The notes under the pieces: generated by a model
What the model was told of the DNA's origin: nothing
The model's database searches: none
What the model saw: the letters and a program-made list of their open reading frames with translations, nothing else
Shown: positions 24,761 through 31,176 of the stretch, piece by piece
How positions within the stretch are numbered: the stretch's first letter is position 1
Layout of the letters: the number at the start of each line of letters is the position of its first letter
From: an uncultured Flavobacteriaceae bacterium
Lineage (GTDB): Bacteria; Bacteroidota; Bacteroidia; NS11-12g; UBA955
DNA: 31,176 bases
Reading direction: 5' to 3'
Assembly (NCBI GenBank): GCA_964446075.1
Contig: CAYUNO010000001.1
Coordinates: 1-31,176, forward strand
Position numbers and translations under genes: made by a program

Positions 24761-25936
24761 ATGACAAGTGATTTTGTTGATCGACAAGCATTAGCCGAAT
24801 TAGAGAAATTATTACAGCAATTTCCGGTTGTGGTAATCGTTGGTGCTCGTCAGATTGGTAAAACAACATTAGCACAGAAATTGGCAGAAACCATTAATAA
24901 GGAGAGTGTCTACCTGGATTTAGAACTGCCATCGGATAAGAATAAGTTACAGAATGCGGAGTTGTATTTTTCTTATAATCGGAGTAAATGTATTATTTTG
25001 GATGAGGTTCAGCGCGACAAGCAGTTATTCCCTTTGCTTCGATCCATGGTGGATCAAGATCGATCTCCGGCAAGATTTATTTTATTGGGTTCCGCATCGC
25101 CCGAATTGATACGTGATAGCTCAGAAACGTTGGCAGGACGAGTGGCATATTATGAACTATTTCCTTTTAACTTGACGGAGGTTGGGAAAAATAAGTTCAA
25201 TGATTTATGGTTGACTGGAGGATTCCCAGATTCTTTTTTGGCAAAAACTCAGGAATTCTCATGGAGTTGGCGGCAGAATTTTATTCGAAGTTATTTAGAA
25301 AGAGATTTACCGATGTTGGGATTGAATGCTAATCCAATATCGCTGCGGCGTTTATGGGAAATAATCGCCCACCAGAATGGTCAATTATTGAATATTAATT
25401 CAATTTCACGTTCTTTAGGGATATCAGCACCAACGGTAAGACACTACATTGATTTCATGGAATCGGCATTTTTAATTCGTGTTGTTAAGCCTTATTTCAC
25501 GAACAGTAAAAAGCGATTGGTGAAATCACCCAAGATTTATCTAATGGATACTGGGATTTTGCATACATTATTGGAGATTCCAACGTATGAAAAATTATTG
25601 GGCAACACGGCGGCTGGGAGCTCGTTCGAGAATTTTGTTTTAAATCAGCTACTTACCTTGGTGGATACAAGCAGTGTGTATTTCTACAGAACGGCCGATG
25701 GTACGGAAATGGATTTCGTCATTACTAAAGGAGGTAGTCCATATATTTCGATAGAGGTTAAGTTGAGCAGTGAGCCATCAACCACGAAATCATTCACCCA
25801 TGCAGTGGCAGATTTAAGAACCAAACATAATTTTATTGTTGCGCCCATCGCCTTGGGATACCCAATCAATGAGTCAACTATGATTGTTTCGGTAGCTGAA
25901 ATGATGGAAATGGTTACGTCGCTATTAATGGATTGA
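24761..25936 (+). CDS. AAA_14 + DUF4143 ATP-binding protein
   Basis: Walker A GARQIGKTT, Walker B IILDEVQ, FILLGS, LAGR, GGFP, an HTH-like ISRSLGISAPTVRHYI, KRLVKSPKIYLMDTG and a C-terminal EMDF...IEVK nuclease-like motif. Confidence 0.88.
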   Translation: MTSDFVDRQALAELEKLLQQFPVVVIVGARQIGKTTLAQKLAETINKESVYLDLELPSDKNKLQNAELYFSYNRSKCIILDEVQRDKQLFPLLRSMVDQDRSPARFILLGSASPELIRDSSETLAGRVAYYELFPFNLTEVGKNKFNDLWLTGGFPDSFLAKTQEFSWSWRQNFIRSYLERDLPMLGLNANPISLRRLWEIIAHQNGQLLNINSISRSLGISAPTVRHYIDFMESAFLIRVVKPYFTNSKKRLVKSPKIYLMDTGILHTLLEIPTYEKLLGNTAAGSSFENFVLNQLLTLVDTSSVYFYRTADGTEMDFVITKGGSPYISIEVKLSSEPSTTKSFTHAVADLRTKHNFIVAPIALGYPINESTMIVSVAEMMEMVTSLLMD

Positions 25937-26109
25937 TTAAATATTTGTTTGTAGTTTCAGTTAATTACAATTTGTAATCATTTCGCACTCTTTCTACTTT
26001 GGGCCTCTCGGTTTAAATCGTATACTATTATCGTTGAAGCCAGGAGCGATTTATATTTTCTTAAATGGGGTAGTAATTGTAGATAATTTACACAAGCGTT
26101 AACCGCATT

Positions 26110-26139
26110 AAAAAAGGCCTCAGATTTCTCTGAGGCCTT
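26110..26139 (-). terminator. Intrinsic terminator of tRNA-Ala
   Basis: 11-bp stem AAGGCCTCAGA / TCTGAGGCCTT with a 4-nt loop, followed by a T-run on the minus strand. Confidence 0.85.
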
Positions 26140-26151
26140 GATTTCATTGGG

Positions 26152-26227
<76 letters not shown>

Positions 26228-26235
26228 TTGGACTG

Positions 26236-26266
26236 CAAAAATAGGGAAATTCGAGGATTCTTCAAA
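26236..26266 (-). promoter_or_regulatory. tRNA promoter TTTG-N19-TATTTTTG
   Basis: Both consensus elements are exact; 10 nt to the mature 5' end. Confidence 0.85.
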
Positions 26267-26288
26267 ATTAGCAGCAGCCTCTACTTGG

Positions 26289-26801
26289 CTAGTCCTTCTT
26301 TTTGGGTCTTATCAAGCTGTCTTTGGGATATAGGTGTGTCATGGAGTCCATGACGCCTTTTGCCCATAAAATCAGCGATTGTTTATCTTCTGGAGCCAAT
26401 TTTGCATCTTCGTGCATAAGGGTATAGGAAAACATCGGCATTTCATCTTCTTCGATTACCTCTACCAATTCTTCCATTTTGTGGTATTGTTTCCATGGAC
26501 GATACAGGGTAAATTCATCGAAATTCAAATGTTCTTTACCTTCCTCCACGTGGTTTTCGATCCACATACCAAAGGGTTGATAGTGGGTGTACCATGGATA
26601 GGTGGTAGTATTACTGTGGCAATCGTTACAAGCGTGATCTAATAATTGACTTACCCGGTAAGAAGTGGGAAAGGCTTTAGAGATGTGATATTGCTTATTC
26701 CCAGAATTGTTGGGTGTAACTTTCACCCATTGTATACTAACTAAGGTGATGGCGATTACCGTAGCAGAAATCCAGGTTATTTTCTTTTTATTGATGGCCA
26801 T
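26289..26801 (-). CDS. Haem-binding domain protein (Haem_bd, mono-haem c type)
   Basis: N-terminal anchor; ACNDCHSNTTTYPWY, HVEEGKEHLNF and EMPMFSYTLMH. The start is moved to ATG 26801 because the YLC extension is the promoter. Confidence 0.85.
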   Translation of the reverse strand: MAINKKKITWISATVIAITLVSIQWVKVTPNNSGNKQYHISKAFPTSYRVSQLLDHACNDCHSNTTTYPWYTHYQPFGMWIENHVEEGKEHLNFDEFTLYRPWKQYHKMEELVEVIEEDEMPMFSYTLMHEDAKLAPEDKQSLILWAKGVMDSMTHLYPKDSLIRPKKKD

Positions 26802-26808
26802 AGCGCCG

Positions 26809-26816
26809 CAAAGGTA
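26809..26816 (-). promoter_or_regulatory. -7 element TACCTTTG, 7 nt before the ATG
   Basis: Exact TAnnTTTG. Confidence 0.7.
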
Positions 26817-26823
26817 CAACTAA

Positions 26824-27738
26824 CTAAAACCAAGGAATGAAGCGCGGTGTTGTTTTTTTGTAATCGGTGTATTGCGGATATTTAGAGGTTGAGATATCCT
26901 CGGAGAAATTTGAACTTCCTCGAAAAAGAAATAGGAGTAAAATGGCGCCAGAAATGCTCCAATTTAACCATTCTCCGGTTGCGGATACGCTGAATAAGTA
27001 AAACGACAGCCAAATAGCTTGTTCTGCAGCGTAGTTGGGATGCCGCATTTTAGCCCATAATCCGGTATGCGTAAATCCTTTTCCATAAAATTCGCCCAGT
27101 GCTTCACCGGAATTTTTACGTCGATATTTTTCAGTTTGATAATTGTACTGTTGTTGATCGGCAATTGTTTCCATTGTTAAAAATCCAAGAAACAAAGCGG
27201 TTGCCGTATAATCGAGCCATCACAAGGGGGCATCATTGCCTCGCCATGCTTCCAAAATCGGCAAGGTAAACAAGAAAATCAACGCGTTCTGATACAAGCA
27301 AATGAAGAACAAATTAAAAAGCATCCACCGACCTTTCCCTTGAAATTCGGGCTTAGCTCTCAATACGCTCCAACGGTAATCTTCTTCCCCTTTCCAAGGC
27401 AGTAAGCTGTAGCCGCCTCTTCGTGAAAAATTGTACGTAAGTCGAAGTCCCCATACCGTAACCAATACAGACATAAGTACCATTCGAGGCTCAAAATCGG
27501 AATAAAACGTAAAGTGCCAAACGTAGGCGATGGGAATTATGCTCCATAATTTGTCAACTTGGGAGTTGTTATTGGTAATTTCACCGATAATAAAACAGGC
27601 CATGGCTACTCCAAATACAATCCAGAGCACGGAGTTTAAGGCCGATTCTTGGTTGTGGGTTAAGGAAATATTTGCCGATGCAACGGCTGCCACGAGGATG
27701 GATAGTGTGATAACTAAAAAGAGGGTAGTCCGAATCAT
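26824..27738 (-). pseudogene. DUF1295-family (steroid 5-alpha-reductase-like) membrane protein interrupted by one in-frame TGA at 27220-27222
   Basis: Track ORFs 27220-27747 and 26824-27195 share a frame and read ...APL*WLDYTATALFLGF... Motifs: NNSQVDKLWSI, WGLRLTYNF, EDYRW, ETIADQQQ, GLWAKMRHPNY and YPQYTDYKKTTPRFIPW. Confidence 0.8.
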
Positions 27739-27794
27739 AAATCGCAAATAATGAATTTGTTAGGAAGAATCAAAATTTGCGTAAATTTTACAGT

Positions 27795-27831
27795 AACAAA
27801 ACAGGCCACTTTCTAAAGAAAGCAGCCTGTT
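27795..27831 (-). terminator. Intrinsic terminator downstream of the MBL-rhodanese gene
   Basis: AACAGGC...CTTTC-TAAA-GAAAG...GCCTGTT interrupted stem, followed by TTTGTT on the minus strand. Confidence 0.65.
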
Positions 27832-27906
27832 CGTTGGATTGTTCTTTATGTTGAGCTGCTGAGGAGCTACCATTGCAGTTCAACGGCTATAATTTTGATT
27901 GTATTG

Positions 27907-29328
27907 TTACAATAGGGTAGTTGGACAAACGTATTCGGTGATGGGAAATGCGGAATTTTCCTTGATTTTATTGAATCCGCCAGCTACGTCAATGAGGTTG
28001 TTGTATCCTCGGGCTTTCAGGATTGAAATAAAAATCATGGAGCGGTATCCTCCCGCACAATGCACGTAATAGGTTTTTCTGGGGTCGATTTGGGTCATGC
28101 TATCGTTAACATAATCCAAAGGTCCGTTCAAGGCACCTATAATATGTTGGGATCCATATTCGCTGGCTTTTCGTACATCGAAAATCAAGGTTTGGGGATG
28201 TTGCCGTACAATTTCGGCCAGTTGATTTACCGATATGGATTGTATGGTATCGATGGGTTTTCCCGCATCGGTCCAAGCGTTAAATCCGCCTGAAAGTACC
28301 CCCAAGGCGTTATCGTAGCCAACGCGAGCCAATCGGGTTACCACTTCTTCTTCTCTTCCTTCATCGGTAATGAGTAAAATAGCCTGCTTAACATCGGGTA
28401 CCAAGGAGCCTACCCACGGAGCAAAATTGCCATCGATGCCAATATTGATGGATCCAGGAATGAATCCTTTGGCAAAGATTTGCGCTTCGCGGGTATCGAT
28501 GATTAGAGCATCCGATTCTTCCGCGGCTGCTTCAAAGGCATCAATGCTAAGGTGTTGGGTACCTGTTTTCATTACGTCGTTGATGCTGGCATATCCTTGA
28601 ATATTCATTAGTACATTCTGTGGAAAATAGCCGGGAGGTGGGGTTAGTCCGTCTAACAATTCCGCAATAAAGGTTTCTTTATCTAGTCCTTCGCGCAAGG
28701 CGTAGTTGGATTGTTTTTGATTGCCTAAGGTATCTGTGGTTTCCTTGCTCATGTTTTTACCGCATGCGGAGCCTGCTCCGTGACCGGGGTATACGATGAT
28801 ATGATCGTCTAGAGGCATGATTTTATTGCGCAAGGAATCGTACAGGTGGGCGGCAAGTTTTTCTTGAGTTAGTTCGGCGATTACTTTTTGTGCTAAATCG
28901 GGTCTACCTACATCGCCAATGAATAAGGTATCTCCGGTAAATAGGCTGTGGGTAATCCCTTGCTCATCATACAATAAGAAGCAAGAACTTTCCATGGTAT
29001 GTCCAGGAGTGTGTATTACTTGAATTTTTACGTTGCCAATGTTGAAGGTCTCTCCATCGGTTGCGGTATGTGCTTCGAAAGCGGGTTTAGCGGTTGGACC
29101 GTACACAATGGTTGCGCCGGTTGCCTTGGCTAAATCTAAATGCCCACTCACAAAATCGGCGTGGAAATGGGTCTCGAAAATGTACTTGATTTTAACTCCG
29201 TCCTTGTTAGCCCTATCCACATAGGGTTGGATTTCGCGCAGCGGGTCTACGATGGCGGCTTCGCCGTTGGAGGTGATGTAATAAGCCCCGTGGGCTAGGC
29301 ATCCGGTGTAAATTTGTTCTACTTGCAT
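27907..29328 (-). CDS. MBL-fold hydrolase (persulfide dioxygenase-like) fused to two rhodanese domains
   Basis: THFHADFVSGH, HTPGHT, TGDTLFIGDVGRPDL and YPGHGAGSACG; rhodanese segments IDTRE...GFIPGS and VHCAGGYRS. Start MQVEQIYTGCL at ATG 29328. Confidence 0.9.
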   Translation of the reverse strand: MQVEQIYTGCLAHGAYYITSNGEAAIVDPLREIQPYVDRANKDGVKIKYIFETHFHADFVSGHLDLAKATGATIVYGPTAKPAFEAHTATDGETFNIGNVKIQVIHTPGHTMESSCFLLYDEQGITHSLFTGDTLFIGDVGRPDLAQKVIAELTQEKLAAHLYDSLRNKIMPLDDHIIVYPGHGAGSACGKNMSKETTDTLGNQKQSNYALREGLDKETFIAELLDGLTPPPGYFPQNVLMNIQGYASINDVMKTGTQHLSIDAFEAAAEESDALIIDTREAQIFAKGFIPGSINIGIDGNFAPWVGSLVPDVKQAILLITDEGREEEVVTRLARVGYDNALGVLSGGFNAWTDAGKPIDTIQSISVNQLAEIVRQHPQTLIFDVRKASEYGSQHIIGALNGPLDYVNDSMTQIDPRKTYYVHCAGGYRSMIFISILKARGYNNLIDVAGGFNKIKENSAFPITEYVCPTTLL

Positions 29329-29351
29329 GGCAGATAATTTTAATTGTATTA

Positions 29352-29396
29352 CAAAGTTGGATGGATAAGATGTCAATAACAGTGACGAAAATCACA
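29352..29396 (-). promoter_or_regulatory. -7 element CAACTTTG (29352-29359) plus a CRP/FNR-like box AGTGA-N6-TCACA (29381-29396)
   Basis: 9/10 match to TGTGA-N6-TCACA, in the divergent intergenic region. Confidence 0.45.
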
Positions 29397-29479
29397 TTTT
29401 GAAAATCGGATGGAACGAGTATCTTCGTTTGTAGGAATTCGTTGTAACTAGTAGATTTTTTTATTGGTTGCTTCCTTTT

Positions 29480-30142
29480 ATGGCCAGAACAAGGAAATAT
29501 CTTCAGTGGAAAATTGCGCAATCGGCGGAGCTTCGGTGGTGGAAGAATTATTTGAAGGACAAGGACCCGGACGATTATAAAAAAGAAAAATTGGCGTATT
29601 GGAAGAAGGTACTAGCTCCCTTGGATTCCCTTGTTTCAAACATCGAAGGATTGGATGTTTTGGATGCCGGTTGCGGTCCGGCCGGGATTTTCATGGCCCT
29701 AGACTCGGCACGAGTTGATGCGGTGGATCCGCTATTGGAAGAATACCATCACAAGTTAAAACACTTCGACAAAGGGGATTATCCTTGGGTTCGGTTTTTT
29801 GAATCGCCCTTAGAAACCTTTGATTTGCAAAAACAGTACGATATCGTTTTTTGCATGAATGTAATTAATCATGTGGCCGATATAGCCTTGTGTTATCAGA
29901 AATTATCGGAATGGATACGTCCTGGGGGTAGATTGGTAATCAGTATCGACGCCCATACTATTCCGGGATTAAAGCATGTATTTCGATGGTTGCCTGGGGA
30001 CATTTTGCATCCACATCAATTTGATTTACAAGATTATAGAGATTTCCTGGGGGCGAATCAATTGGTGTTACAACAGGAGGAAACGCTCAACCACGGATTG
30101 CTGTTTAATCATGTGTTGCAAATTGCTCAAAAACACGGGTGA
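29480..30142 (+). CDS. Class I SAM-dependent methyltransferase
   Basis: VLDAGCGPAG, DAVDPL, YDIVFCMNVINHV and RPGGRL; ATG 29480 is preferred over TTG 29468. Confidence 0.88.
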   Translation: MARTRKYLQWKIAQSAELRWWKNYLKDKDPDDYKKEKLAYWKKVLAPLDSLVSNIEGLDVLDAGCGPAGIFMALDSARVDAVDPLLEEYHHKLKHFDKGDYPWVRFFESPLETFDLQKQYDIVFCMNVINHVADIALCYQKLSEWIRPGGRLVISIDAHTIPGLKHVFRWLPGDILHPHQFDLQDYRDFLGANQLVLQQEETLNHGLLFNHVLQIAQKHG

Positions 30143-31176
30143 TGTTGTGGTTTAACAGGTTCTGGGTGTTTTGCAGGGTTTTGGTGGTTAGCAAATTTTT
30201 AGGGGTGCGCGCTGCGGTGGTGCTATTGGGCACCATGGGTTCAATGGTACAGGCGCAGTATGCATTAGAATTTGCCACGATTTCAGGCAAGATGTTGGCC
30301 CATTCGGTCTATAACACCAATTTAAATGGTAGGCGTTCATTGGGGTTGCAAGCCACAGCCATTTGGTTATTGCCTTCGGATACGGGAGGGTTTATTTCAC
30401 GATCCCAGAAACATCGGTATGTGGGAGTTTCCCTGTTGTCCATGGATATGGGAGATGGATTAATGAACACCATTGTAAATGGCCCAAAAGCCGTGGCTCC
30501 CATGGGGTCAGGTCATGGTGCGATGGCAGTTTCGGGGGCTAGGTTAGTGATGCCACCCGTTTTAGGATTCAATGCTCTGCAAATGCAATGGGGTTTTGGC
30601 CTGTTGTATTTAACTAAATTTTATGATTCTGTATCCAATCCCCTGAATTTGGCGATGAGTTCTGCATTGAATTTTGCGGCGCAGTTGAAGGTGCAGGCGG
30701 TTCGACATATATCTCCTCAAAGTACTGTTAGCGTTGGGATAGAAATGTTCCATACGTCGAATTCAAATTGGCAAAAACCCAATGTGGGATTGAATTACGC
30801 GCAGTTGAGTTTGGGTTGGGTACATCGATTTCATCCAGGTAAACACTTGGATAAAGATCCTTGTTTTTGGAAGGGGGAGTCGATAAAGCAATTATCGGTT
30901 CCATATCAAATATCCACGCGCTATGCCTATCGAAAATACCGCAGAGATTTTCCGGTGTATTATTCTGTATTCATTGCCGAAGGAAGTTGGGGTTTGCCCA
31001 ATTCGTATCGATTAACGGAATTGAGATCGAATCCGAAAGATGCAAAACTGGATGAAACGGAATTGGCGACTTCCAAGCAGGGTATGATTCCCCAAAAGTT
31101 GGGGATAGGAATGCCAAGAGGAGAATGGCGTTTCGGAGTGAATGTATTTTACGAAACTGCGGCGGTGGGTAAGGAT
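30142..31176 (+). CDS. PagL-like acyloxyacyl hydrolase (outer-membrane lipid A deacylase family), 3'-truncated; absent from the ORF track
   Basis: ATG overlaps the methyltransferase TGA (TGATG), and 345 codons are open to the window edge. Motifs: GFGLLYLTKFYDSVSNPLNLAMSSALNF and FHTSNSNWQKPNVGLN. Confidence 0.75.
   Translation, partial: MLWFNRFWVFCRVLVVSKFLGVRAAVVLLGTMGSMVQAQYALEFATISGKMLAHSVYNTNLNGRRSLGLQATAIWLLPSDTGGFISRSQKHRYVGVSLLSMDMGDGLMNTIVNGPKAVAPMGSGHGAMAVSGARLVMPPVLGFNALQMQWGFGLLYLTKFYDSVSNPLNLAMSSALNFAAQLKVQAVRHISPQSTVSVGIEMFHTSNSNWQKPNVGLNYAQLSLGWVHRFHPGKHLDKDPCFWKGESIKQLSVPYQISTRYAYRKYRRDFPVYYSVFIAEGSWGLPNSYRLTELRSNPKDAKLDETELATSKQGMIPQKLGIGMPRGEWRFGVNVFYETAAVGKD

Noticed and set aside
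27180-27222. Selenocysteine or genetic-code-25 reading of the DUF1295 TGA
   Set aside because: There is no convincing SECIS hairpin downstream (only a 3-bp CGG-CAA-CCG), the position is not an evident Cys site, and TGA terminates other genes here.
29329-29376. N-terminal extensions given by the ORF track for the MBL gene (and likewise purM, thiN and the haem-binding gene)
   Set aside because: The extensions are translated promoter sequence (TAnnTTTG-type elements); downstream ATGs match the family N-termini.

Overview
Bacteroidota chromosomal window. The assignment rests on porX-tsaE and surE-lpxB synteny, type A and type B T9SS C-terminal signals, and repeated TAnnTTTG -7 promoter elements. 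Housekeeping blocks at about 1-11.4 kb and 26-31 kb (tsaE, porX, thiN, xth, purM, surE, lpxB, tRNA-Ala(GGC), a haem-binding protein, an MBL-rhodanese fusion, a methyltransferase and a PagL-like acyloxyacyl hydrolase) flank an accessory block of envelope and secreted-protein genes. Main points of interest: (1) an AT-rich, tightly coupled six-gene operon at 11417-19076, encoding two helical-repeat lipoproteins, a Tat-exported DUF1501-like protein, a planctomycete-type cytochrome c lipoprotein with a CX4CH motif, another lipoprotein and a 1162-aa T9SS CUB-domain protein; (2) a solitary CDC-like cytolysin without domain 4, coupled to an unknown lipoprotein; (3) small cryptic features absent from the ORF track: a zinc-ribbon mini-ORF with ATA at the start position, a structured leader followed by a TTT-TAG +1 frameshift candidate, operator-like palindromes, and a DUF1295 gene split by one in-frame TGA. 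Family calls come from motif recognition by eye; no database search was run.
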